Shown here: positions 19,097 to 29,569 of the stretch, one piece after another
How the letters are laid out: each line of letters opens with the position of its first letter
Position numbering within the stretch: the first letter of the stretch is position 1
Assembly: GCA_016217925.1 (NCBI GenBank)
Contig: JACRFK010000005.1
Span: 44,170 to 108,169, forward strand
From: Candidatus Kaiserbacteria bacterium
Lineage (GTDB): Bacteria > Patescibacteriota > Minisyncoccia > Phycocordibacterales > UBA2100
Direction: 5' to 3'
Length of the DNA: 64,000 nt
Translations under genes and position numbers: made by a program
The notes under the pieces: model-generated
What the model was told of the DNA's origin: nothing
Database searches by the model: none
The model's input: the letters and a program-made list of their open reading frames with translations, nothing else

Positions 19097-19497
19097 CGGC
19101 CGATACACCGGCAAAAAAAGGGACAATTCTTCTCATCGATGATGACAAGTTCCTTTTGGATATGTACGGGATGAAATTTTCTCAAAGCGGATATACGGTC
19201 GAAGCGTGTTTATCAGGAAATGAGGCGCTCGGCGTCTTGCGCGGCGGATTCCAGCCCGACGTGCTCCTCTTTGATCTGACCATGCCAGAGCTCGATGGAT
19301 TTTCATTCCTAAAGGCAATTTCTGATGAGCGTCTTGCGACTAATTCGCTCAAGATCGCGCTCACGAACCAAAGCGATGAATCGGAAAAAACAAAGGCGAT
19401 GGAGATGGGCGCTTCACGTTATATCGTGAAGGCGAGCATGATCCCGTCGGAAGTTGTCAACACGGTCAGTGAAGAGCTTTCAAAACGTCACGCGTAA
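19042..19497 (+). CDS. Single-domain response regulator inside the pil operon
   Basis: ILLIDDD, DVLLFDLTMPELDG, YIVKA; N-terminal MASNGV..ASNG encoded by the element ends. Confidence 0.92.
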   Translation: MASNGVNQADTNKEASNGAADTPAKKGTILLIDDDKFLLDMYGMKFSQSGYTVEACLSGNEALGVLRGGFQPDVLLFDLTMPELDGFSFLKAISDERLATNSLKIALTNQSDESEKTKAMEMGASRYIVKASMIPSEVVNTVSEELSKRHA

Positions 19498-19523
19498 TAC
19501 TGGTATCATTTCTCTATATACAT

Positions 19524-20588
19524 ATGAATGATTATCCGGCACTTTTGAAAAAGTATATCAACGTTCTCGTGCACGAGGGCGGTTCGGACCTGCACTTCTC
19601 TACCGGCGCGCACCCCACGATTCGTGTTTCTGGCTCGCTCAGTCCGATGCTCAAGGAGGCGGTCCTTACCACCGAGGATACGCGCGGCTTTCTTAAGGCA
19701 CTCATTACCCCCACGCAAGAGAGCCGATTCAACGAGGTCCAAGAAATTGATTTTGCCTACGAAAGCCCCGACAAGTTCCGTTTCAGGGGCAATGCATTTA
19801 TCCAGCGCGGGGCTGTGGGGATAGCGCTGCGCCTCGTTCCCAACAAAATACTGTCCATCCAAGAACTAAATCTTCCGGAGATACTTACGTCATTTGCCCG
19901 TAAGGAGCAAGGATTCTTTCTGGTGGTAGGGCCTGTGGGGCAGGGCAAGACGACGACGCTCGCGTCATTGGTAGAGCTCATTAATACCGAGCGCATGGAG
20001 CACATCATCACTATCGAGGATCCGATAGAGTACATTTTTGAGCCAAAACAGTCACTCATAGACCAGCGAGAGGTCGGTATCGACACCAAGGACTTTGCCT
20101 CGGCGCTTCTCTCGGCCTTTCGTGAGGACGTAGACGTCCTCCTGGTCGGTGAGATGCGTGGACCGGAAACTATGGCGGCCGCCGTGACCGCGGCCGAGAC
20201 AGGCCACCTCGTATTCTCGACTCTGCATACCAATAACGCTGCGCAGACCATCGATCGCATCATCGATACGTTCCCTCCGGGCCAGCAAGACCAGATACGT
20301 CTCCAACTTGCCGCGTCCTTGGCCGGGATTTTCTCTCAGCGGCTCATTACACGCATCTCCGGCGGACGGATCCCATGCTATGAATTGCTCATCAACAACA
20401 AGGCCGTCGCCAACCTTATCCGCGAGAAACGCACACACGAGATCAACACCGTGATAGAGACCGGTTCGACGGAGGGTATGATCGACATGAACCGTTCGCT
20501 TGCCGAGCTGGTAGCGCGCGGCGAGATTACTCCCGAGAGCGCATACCAACACTCGCTCAACCCGAACGTCCTGCAAAAACTTCTCTAA
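19524..20588 (+). CDS. pilT: Type IV pilus retraction ATPase PilT
   Basis: SDLHF, GPVGQGKTTT, REDVDVLLVGEMR, AAETGHLVFSTLHT. Confidence 0.95.
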   Translation: MNDYPALLKKYINVLVHEGGSDLHFSTGAHPTIRVSGSLSPMLKEAVLTTEDTRGFLKALITPTQESRFNEVQEIDFAYESPDKFRFRGNAFIQRGAVGIALRLVPNKILSIQELNLPEILTSFARKEQGFFLVVGPVGQGKTTTLASLVELINTERMEHIITIEDPIEYIFEPKQSLIDQREVGIDTKDFASALLSAFREDVDVLLVGEMRGPETMAAAVTAAETGHLVFSTLHTNNAAQTIDRIIDTFPPGQQDQIRLQLAASLAGIFSQRLITRISGGRIPCYELLINNKAVANLIREKRTHEINTVIETGSTEGMIDMNRSLAELVARGEITPESAYQHSLNPNVLQKLL

Positions 20589-20591
20589 CGT

Positions 20592-21800
20592 ATGGCCATC
20601 TTCAAGTACACGGCCCTTGACGCGGAAGGGAACCAGCGGCAAGGAACCATTGATGCCGTCAATATGGACGTGGCAATTGCGGCACTTCAGCGTCGCGGTC
20701 TTGTTATATCCGGTATCGATCCTGCCGAGAGCAAGACGCTTTTGTCACAACGCTTTTCGTTCTTTGACCGCGTGAATAATGCGGACGTCGTCATGCTCTC
20801 AAGGCAGATCACGACGCTCTTCGAAGCGCAGGTCTCGGCCCTCCGCGCGTTCCGATTGCTTGCGGCGGAAGCACGCACTCCGGCCTTAGGCGAGAAATTG
20901 ACGGCTATCGGCAACGATCTGCAAAGTGGTAGCTCGATCTCGGCAGCCCTCGCACGACACCCCGACGTATTCACGCCTTTTTACGTGAACATGGTGCGCG
21001 CGGGGGAGGAATCAGGAAAACTCGATGAGACCTTCGCATACCTTGCCGACTACCTTGACCGCAATTACGAACTTACCCAAAAGGCTCGCAACGCGTTGGT
21101 CTACCCCGCGTTCATCATGCTCACGTTCATTGTGGTCATGGTACTCATGATGACGCTCGTGATCCCGCACCTTTCGGACATGCTTCAAGAGACTGGGCAG
21201 GGCATACCGATCTACACAAAGATCGTGATCGGCATTTCACAATTCCTCACCCGCTATATTGCTCTCATCCTCATATTGGTCGTGATAGGAGCGGTCTTCC
21301 TATATCGATTCTCGCGCACAGCACACGGTAGAGAAATGCTCTCGCGCGCACGTCTCGAATCGCCGGCGATCGGCAACATATATCGCAAGATATTTCTTTC
21401 GCGCATCGCCGACAACCTTTCAACAATGCTTCGAAGCGGCATTCAGGTATTGCGTGGCCTCGAGATAACGGGATTGGTAGTCGGGGATGCGGTCTATGAA
21501 AAAGTGCTCGCTGATTCGGCGAACGACGTCAAGGGCGGTATGCCGCTTTCTGAGGCCTTGCGTAAGCATCGGGAGATCCCGGGTATTGTGGTCGCCATGG
21601 TGAAGATCGGCGAGGAGACGGGGAATATGGGGAAGATACTTGAGACTATGGCCCGATTCTATCGTCGAGAAGTGAACAACGCCGTCGACACGCTCGTTGG
21701 CCTCATTGAGCCGTTAATGATCGTTATCCTAGCCGTCGGCGTCGCGATACTTCTCGCGTCAGTCCTCTTGCCTATTTACAACATTGCTTCCAGCTTCTGA
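20592..21800 (+). CDS. pilC: Type IV pilus platform protein PilC/GspF
   Basis: Two GspF repeats (GEESGKL, GEETGNM), ALVYP, LIEP. Confidence 0.95.
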   Translation: MAIFKYTALDAEGNQRQGTIDAVNMDVAIAALQRRGLVISGIDPAESKTLLSQRFSFFDRVNNADVVMLSRQITTLFEAQVSALRAFRLLAAEARTPALGEKLTAIGNDLQSGSSISAALARHPDVFTPFYVNMVRAGEESGKLDETFAYLADYLDRNYELTQKARNALVYPAFIMLTFIVVMVLMMTLVIPHLSDMLQETGQGIPIYTKIVIGISQFLTRYIALILILVVIGAVFLYRFSRTAHGREMLSRARLESPAIGNIYRKIFLSRIADNLSTMLRSGIQVLRGLEITGLVVGDAVYEKVLADSANDVKGGMPLSEALRKHREIPGIVVAMVKIGEETGNMGKILETMARFYRREVNNAVDTLVGLIEPLMIVILAVGVAILLASVLLPIYNIASSF

Positions 21801-21802
21801 AC

Positions 21803-21889
21803 CCACCGCGAGGTGCCGCCGAAGGCGGTTCGACTGTCGGCCATAGGCCGATGGGAGAAGGTTCACGTCGGAACGAGCACGTTCCGACG
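21803..21889 (+). repeat. GAGCAC-loop structured repeat, copy 2
   Basis: Near-identical to 6876-6961; starts just after the pilC stop. Confidence 0.85.
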
Positions 21890-21991
21890 AACCGTCCGGT
21901 TATGCACATATGAAGTTGTCCAGTCGTGCCGGGGGTATACAATAGTCAGACTAGTTATCAAGGTAATTTAATAGGTAATTTCTCGTTTATC

Positions 21992-22501
21992 ATGAAAACA
22001 TCTTATAAAAAGGGCTTTACGTTGATTGAGCTCCTGGTGGTCATTGCGATCATCGGAATTCTTTCTTCCATCGTCCTCGCCTCTCTCAACAGCGCACGAC
22101 AAAAGGGCCGTGATGCGCGCCGTGTCGCAGATATCAAGCAGATCCAGCTCGCCCTTGAGCTCTATTACGATGCACACAGCGTGTACCCGACACAGGCGCT
22201 CTATGCGACCAATCTCGTAAGCGAAGGATTTATCTCGACGCTCCCGAAGGACCCATCAAGCAATCTTAGCTACGCATATGCGGGTCTTGCGCCTTCCGGC
22301 ACGACTTGCACAAGTTACCATTTGGGTGCCAAACTTGAGACGACTGGCCACACTGCCCTCAGTAGCGACGCTGACTCGACGGGCGGGACGGTCTGTACAA
22401 GTCCCACGACCGGAGCATGGGTCACCAATGCCGACGTAACGGCGCTCGCAGGTGGCGACTTTGACGGAACATTGGCACAGATCTACGACGTGAAGCCGTA
22501 A
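21992..22501 (+). CDS. Major type IV pilin
   Basis: KKG|FTLIELLVVIAIIGILSSIV class III signal; ARQKGRDARRVADI. Confidence 0.93.
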   Translation: MKTSYKKGFTLIELLVVIAIIGILSSIVLASLNSARQKGRDARRVADIKQIQLALELYYDAHSVYPTQALYATNLVSEGFISTLPKDPSSNLSYAYAGLAPSGTTCTSYHLGAKLETTGHTALSSDADSTGGTVCTSPTTGAWVTNADVTALAGGDFDGTLAQIYDVKP

Positions 22502-22503
22502 GT

Positions 22504-22596
22504 GACCCCGCCCGAAGAGGGCGCCCGTAGGGGCCGAATGTCTGCCGAAGGCAGATACGAGGCGGGTCAGGCACGCGCGAGCACGCGCGGGCCAAG
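22504..22596 (+). repeat. Structured repeat related to the GAGCAC-loop family
   Basis: Small GAA/GTA-loop hairpins; shares gagcacgcgcgggccaag with 7027-7044. Confidence 0.6.
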
Positions 22597-22604
22597 ACAA
22601 AAAC

Positions 22605-22639
22605 CAGCACGAACCCCGCCTATGGCGGGGTTCGTGCTG
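22605..22639. terminator. Long hairpin after the major pilin
   Basis: cagcacgaaccccgcc-tat-ggcggggttcgtgctg. Confidence 0.65.
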
Positions 22640-22652
22640 TATACTCTTTTCA

Positions 22653-23477
22653 ATGACCACGATCGTGTTCGGACTCTTCGGCCTTATCGTCGGCAGTTTT
22701 CTCAATGTCGTCGTTCTTCGCCACGGCGTGCGCTCCACCTTGGGCAGAAGCGGCTGCATGAGCTGTGGCACCCAACTTCGATGGTACGACATGATACCCG
22801 TCGTCTCGTGGCTCGCACTAGGGGGCAGGTGTCGTGTGTGTCGAGCGCGCGTCTCTTTCCAGTACCCGCTCGTTGAAGCGGCTACGGCCGTCGGCTTCGG
22901 ATTCATAGGTGCCTCGTCGCTGCCCATGTTTTCACAGATCATCGGCGGCATCATTCTTGCGCTACTCATCTGTATAGCTGCATACGACATGCTCCATACG
23001 ATAATTCCCGACGAATGGGCGTACGCGTTTGCGGGTCTTGCACTCCTCTTTCAATTCTTGGTACCTCATATAGGATCCTTCTCTACTTGGATGGTTTTGG
23101 CAGGGCCACTTACAGCCCTTCCACTTTTTGCACTGTGGTTTTTTTCTCACGGAAGGTGGATGGGATTGGGTGATGCAAAACTCGCTCTTGGTATCGGCTG
23201 GCTGCTCGGCCCCGCAGAGGGTCTTTTCGCGGTTTTCGGTGCGTTCATTGTGGGGGGAGTTGTGAGTGCGCCACTCCTCGTCGTATCGTCGGAGTGGTGG
23301 CGTCGAATTGTTCAGAAGTTTACCCCCACTCAAACTTCGCGGAATTTGGTGTGGGGGTTTACAATGAAAAGCGAGATCCCATTCGGGCCTTTTCTCATAC
23401 TGAGCTGCATCATATTATGGTTCTCATCGATCAACGGAATAGATCCACTACAAGCTCTCGGGCTTTTACCCTCATAG
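22653..23477 (+). CDS. pilD: Prepilin peptidase
   Basis: GSFLNVV, CxxC..CxxC, MGLGDAKL, IPFGPFL. Confidence 0.95.
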   Translation: MTTIVFGLFGLIVGSFLNVVVLRHGVRSTLGRSGCMSCGTQLRWYDMIPVVSWLALGGRCRVCRARVSFQYPLVEAATAVGFGFIGASSLPMFSQIIGGIILALLICIAAYDMLHTIIPDEWAYAFAGLALLFQFLVPHIGSFSTWMVLAGPLTALPLFALWFFSHGRWMGLGDAKLALGIGWLLGPAEGLFAVFGAFIVGGVVSAPLLVVSSEWWRRIVQKFTPTQTSRNLVWGFTMKSEIPFGPFLILSCIILWFSSINGIDPLQALGLLPS

Positions 23478-24067
23478 AACTGCTGGTCGTTACCGCCATC
23501 ATTACGGTCGTCTCCTCCGTCGTCCTAGTAAGCAATAACCGGTTCGGAGGCGTCGTACAGCTCCAAAACCTCGCGTATGATATTGCGCTCTCGATACGAC
23601 AGGCGCAGGTCTACGGTATCTCCGTACAACGATTTGGTACCAATTGTTCAGAGCCGGGATCGGCGTGTTTTGAATCGGGATACGGCATGCATTTTTTAAA
23701 GAACGATGCGCAGCACTATGAACTCTTCGCGGATGTCGACCAAGACGGTCTGTACGTTGTGAGTGAGAACGTCCCTCCGTCGCCATACACAATAAGCGGC
23801 GGTTTCAGGATAATCGACCTCTGTGCACCGGAGGGGACTAGCTGGGCCCTGTGCAAGGATGCATCGCCTGCTACGCAGCTCGACATTGTCTTTAAGAGAC
23901 CGGAACCGGGCGCATGGATCAGCGCGAACGGGGTAGCATGCACGTACGGTGCCGGTATTTGTGCGGATAGCGCGCGAATTGTCCTCATTTCGCCGCGTGG
24001 TGATGTTATGAGCGTGCTCGTAGAGGCCAACGGGCAAATATCGGTGAAAAAGGAATCCTCACAGTAG
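23417..24067 (+). CDS. Minor pilin (FimU/GspH-like)
   Basis: RA|FTLIELLVV; the chosen start overlaps the end of pilD by 61 nt. Confidence 0.85.
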   Translation: MVLIDQRNRSTTSSRAFTLIELLVVTAIITVVSSVVLVSNNRFGGVVQLQNLAYDIALSIRQAQVYGISVQRFGTNCSEPGSACFESGYGMHFLKNDAQHYELFADVDQDGLYVVSENVPPSPYTISGGFRIIDLCAPEGTSWALCKDASPATQLDIVFKRPEPGAWISANGVACTYGAGICADSARIVLISPRGDVMSVLVEANGQISVKKESSQ

Positions 24068-24093
24068 AAAGTATGAAGTATAGTGTATAGAAT

Positions 24094-24720
24094 ATGGAGG
24101 AGAAAACTCAGAAAAAGGCAAATCAGACTTCCCGCCATACGCCATACGCCATACGCCATACGCGTGGGTTTACTCTCATCGAGATGATAGTGGCAACCGC
24201 GCTTTTTGCGGTCGTTATGGTAGTTTGCGTCGGGGCCCTCTTGTCTCTCGTGTCTGCGAACAGAAAGGCGCAGGCTCTACAATCCGTGATGAATAATCTG
24301 AACATCGCGCTCGACGGAACGGTGCGGTCGGTGCGCATGGGCAGTGACTACGATGCCGGTTCAGCGGGCTGTACGGTGATCGACCCCCTGAATCCGCACG
24401 ATTGTGCGGAGGGCAGCACACAAATATCATTCAAACCATTCGGTGACCCATTGCAGTCCCGCTGGGTATATCGTTTCAATAGCACAACCCACCAGCTAGA
24501 GCGCTCGACGACCGGCTCTATCGCAGGCGCGGTCCCCATCACCGCCCCTGAGGTGTCCATCGACAGCATGCTCTTCTATGTTATTGGGACACAACAATCG
24601 GACACGGTGCAGCCGAAGGTCGTTATCGTTATCAAGGGAAGCGCCGGGGCTTCCGGCACGACAGCACACACCACGTTCCACATCCAAGCGACCGCGGTCC
24701 AACGCGTACTCGATCTATGA
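24094..24720 (+). CDS. Minor pilin (PilW/GspJ-like)
   Basis: RG|FTLIEMIVA; heptamer repeat in the leader. Confidence 0.88.
   Translation: MEEKTQKKANQTSRHTPYAIRHTRGFTLIEMIVATALFAVVMVVCVGALLSLVSANRKAQALQSVMNNLNIALDGTVRSVRMGSDYDAGSAGCTVIDPLNPHDCAEGSTQISFKPFGDPLQSRWVYRFNSTTHQLERSTTGSIAGAVPITAPEVSIDSMLFYVIGTQQSDTVQPKVVIVIKGSAGASGTTAHTTFHIQATAVQRVLDL
24133..24160 (+). repeat. (CGCCATA)x4 tandem heptamer in a prepilin leader
   Basis: Read directly. Confidence 0.95.
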
Positions 24721-25409
24721 ATATGAAGAAAAGTATATCGTATATCGTATATCGTATATCGTATGGAAAATACGGAACGGCCGGCATCCATACCAGATAC
24801 CAAATACTACATACTACGTACGGCGCACGGAGTGCGGGGTTTTCGCTCATCGAAACGCTCATCGCGATCTCACTTCTTTCGATCGCGATCGTCGCGCCGA
24901 TGACGCTTGCATCGAAAGGCCTTTCGACCGCTTATTATGCGCGCGATCAGATCACCGCTTTTTATCTCGCTCAAGAAGCCATCGAGGCGCTCCGGAGTAT
25001 CCGTGATGCGCAGGTACTCAAGATTACCCAAGGGCAAAGCGGGATCGATATTTTGGGGCAAATACCCATAACGACCGCCACCCAAGATAATTCTTTTACG
25101 ATTGATGCGCGGAAGGGAGACCCCGCACTTGCGATAACAAGGTGTTTAGATTATCCCGGGCAGACATGCCCGCCGCTTCAGACCAATATTGCTTCCGACC
25201 TTCCTCTGTACGGATACGAGAGTGGTTGGGATGAGACCTATTTCACGCGCATCGTGCGCGCGACGGTCGTCAGTGAGGATACCGGTGGTGTGCCGCAGGA
25301 AATACGCGTCTCAGTCACTGTTTCCTGGCGGACGGGCTCCATCCAGACCCGCACGTTCAATATTTCGGGGAACTTGTATCGGTGGGCCAACGACGATTCA
25401 GCTCAATGA
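24717..25409 (+). CDS. Minor pilin (PilV-like)
   Basis: AG|FSLIETLIAI; long repeat-derived leader. Confidence 0.88.
   Translation: MNMKKSISYIVYRISYGKYGTAGIHTRYQILHTTYGARSAGFSLIETLIAISLLSIAIVAPMTLASKGLSTAYYARDQITAFYLAQEAIEALRSIRDAQVLKITQGQSGIDILGQIPITTATQDNSFTIDARKGDPALAITRCLDYPGQTCPPLQTNIASDLPLYGYESGWDETYFTRIVRATVVSEDTGGVPQEIRVSVTVSWRTGSIQTRTFNISGNLYRWANDDSAQ
24733..24823 (+). repeat. (GTATATC)x4 plus a degenerate, roughly complementary heptamer array (24789-24823)
   Basis: gtatatc x4 at 24733-24760; catacca gatacca aatacta catacta follows. Confidence 0.9.
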
Positions 25410-26011
25410 CGACTATGAAAAAACAAAAACACAACGGTAGAAGTCGGGTATCGGAGCGCGGCTTTACGCTCCTGCTTGCCGCACTCGTTTCTTCTGTCGT
25501 CCTTGCGGTCGGGGCCGCGATATTTGGCATCGCCCAAAAACAGATCACACTCTCAGCTCTCGGACGTGATTCGCAATTCGCGTTCTACGCGGCCGATACT
25601 GCCGCCGAATGCGCACTGTACTGGGATTTTCGCTGCAACTATTTTGCGAGTTCCACGACGGCGATAAGTCCGGGGTGCACTATCCCCGACCCGCCCGGAC
25701 CGCTGTGCGACGGGCAACCATTGACGCCATTCAGTCCGGACCGTCCTGATCCACCATCCTATCCCTATACGATGACATCAGCACAAATGGACCTCTTCCA
25801 GGATGTGACGGTCGCTGGTTCCGGCAATCTTTGTGCGCAGGTGTCGGTCACAAAATGTCAGGGCACATTCAATGGCAGCGGGGAGTGTATTTCTGGCTCG
25901 CCGACGGATCCAGTGCGGACCATCGTCCATGCTGATGGGTATAGTACAAATTGCGCTTCTATCGGGACGAGCGTGCGGGCACTACAACGCTCCGTGGAAC
26001 TCCACTACTAG
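25406..26011 (+). CDS. Minor pilin (PilX-like)
   Basis: RG|FTLLLAALV without Glu5; AFYAADTAAECALY. Confidence 0.85.
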   Translation: MTTMKKQKHNGRSRVSERGFTLLLAALVSSVVLAVGAAIFGIAQKQITLSALGRDSQFAFYAADTAAECALYWDFRCNYFASSTTAISPGCTIPDPPGPLCDGQPLTPFSPDRPDPPSYPYTMTSAQMDLFQDVTVAGSGNLCAQVSVTKCQGTFNGSGECISGSPTDPVRTIVHADGYSTNCASIGTSVRALQRSVELHY

Positions 26012-26029
26012 CTCTAGTATGATGGTTGA

Positions 26030-28111
<2,082 letters not shown>

Positions 28112-28125
28112 GATACACAGAAGCT

Positions 28126-29223
28126 ATGGTAAATAAAAAACGGGTACTCTTTCTTTACAACGGCGGTACCATCGGACTCGTTGCGGAAAAGCACGACGGG
28201 CAGACGATTTTAATGCCCCCGAAAGATAGCAAAGTATTCCAGGATGCCTGCGAGCCGACCATTGCAGCGCTCGGGAAGGACATGAAAATCACCTTTGAGT
28301 TCGTCACGTCAAAAGACAGCTCCAACATGACGCCGAACGACTGGGAGAAGCTCATTTTTCGGATTAAAAAGGCACAGGACGAGGAAGGATATGACGGCAT
28401 TGCTATCGTGCATGGTACCGACACGCTCGCTTACACGACGACTGCGCTCGCTCTCGCCCTTCACGGAAGGGAAGTCGGCAAGAGCGGTCTTCGAATCCCC
28501 GTTTGTCTTACAGGAGCTCAAAATCCGATTTACGAGCCGGGCGGCGACGGAAGGTTCAACCTTGAGAATCTTTTCAGGACGCTGGATGAGGCGATAGATC
28601 GGGAAGTTGCCGACGTCCTCCTAAATTTTTGGGACAAGGTACTCCTCGGCTGTCGTTCCCTCAAGATGAGCGAGCGGAAATTCGATGCCTTCGAGTCGCC
28701 CTCTTACCCGGAGGTAGGCGAGATCGACTCAAGGGGAGTGCATTTACGACTGCCGCTAATACACATGAAGAAAGACTCGAACGGGAAATTGGATCTCGCG
28801 CCGAAATTCGGCAGAGGTGTCATCAGTTTCGAACTCACACCGGGCATAGATCCGAATGTTGTTCTCGGTTTTATAACGGGCGGTGGCATTTCTGCAATGA
28901 TATTGAAATCGCTCGGAGAGGGGAACGTATGTTCCGAAGGACAATACAACATGCTTCCTGTTATTAAGCAGGCGACGGAAGAATATCAGGTGCCTATTTT
29001 CATCACAACGAAATTTCCCGGTGGCAGCATGGTGGCCGCTCACTATGAGGGTGGCGTTGCCGCTATCAAGGCGGGGGGCATTCCTTGTTATGACCAGACG
29101 GATGTCGCGGTAGACGTGAAAGTACGATGGCTCCTCGGTAACGGCATCGCGACACGTTCCGAAGATCTGCAAAAGGCAATGAGGACGAGTTATGCGGGGG
29201 AAGTTACTCCGCCGGAGAAATAA
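28126..29223 (+). CDS. L-asparaginase / GatD-like amidohydrolase
   Basis: GGTI, DSSNMTP, HGTDT, TGAQ..DGRFNL motifs. Confidence 0.9.
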   Translation: MVNKKRVLFLYNGGTIGLVAEKHDGQTILMPPKDSKVFQDACEPTIAALGKDMKITFEFVTSKDSSNMTPNDWEKLIFRIKKAQDEEGYDGIAIVHGTDTLAYTTTALALALHGREVGKSGLRIPVCLTGAQNPIYEPGGDGRFNLENLFRTLDEAIDREVADVLLNFWDKVLLGCRSLKMSERKFDAFESPSYPEVGEIDSRGVHLRLPLIHMKKDSNGKLDLAPKFGRGVISFELTPGIDPNVVLGFITGGGISAMILKSLGEGNVCSEGQYNMLPVIKQATEEYQVPIFITTKFPGGSMVAAHYEGGVAAIKAGGIPCYDQTDVAVDVKVRWLLGNGIATRSEDLQKAMRTSYAGEVTPPEK

Positions 29224-29271
29224 CGCGATATCCGGGCTGACAGAAGGGCTGTTTGTGCGTATAGTATTGCA

Positions 29272-29568
29272 ATGACTCAGCCTAAAGTTGATGTTGCCGC
29301 ACTTGCTAAGCTCGCGCGGCTCGACATCCCCGAAGGTGAAATGGTTCAGTTGGAAAAAGAGATTCCGGCAATTTTGAAGTTTGTTGAGACGATACAAGCC
29401 GCGAGCACCGGAAGAGAGGCGAATACACCTGCTCTGCGCAATGTGATGCGGGCGGATGAGAATCCTATTGAGAGCGGCAAATACACGAAGACGCTTTTGG
29501 ACGCTGCGCCAGCGCGGGAGGGCAATCGGGTTGCGGTAAAGCAAGTAATTTCGCGAAAGAAGAAATGA
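29272..29568 (+). CDS. gatC: Asp/Glu-tRNA amidotransferase subunit C
   Basis: LAKLARL..NVMRAD; directly upstream of gatA. Confidence 0.9.
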   Translation: MTQPKVDVAALAKLARLDIPEGEMVQLEKEIPAILKFVETIQAASTGREANTPALRNVMRADENPIESGKYTKTLLDAAPAREGNRVAVKQVISRKKK

Positions 29569-29569
29569 T

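Noticed and set aside
21992-26011. Diversity-generating retroelement or shufflon acting on the pilins
   Set aside because: No reverse transcriptase, template/variable repeat pair or invertase is visible in the window.
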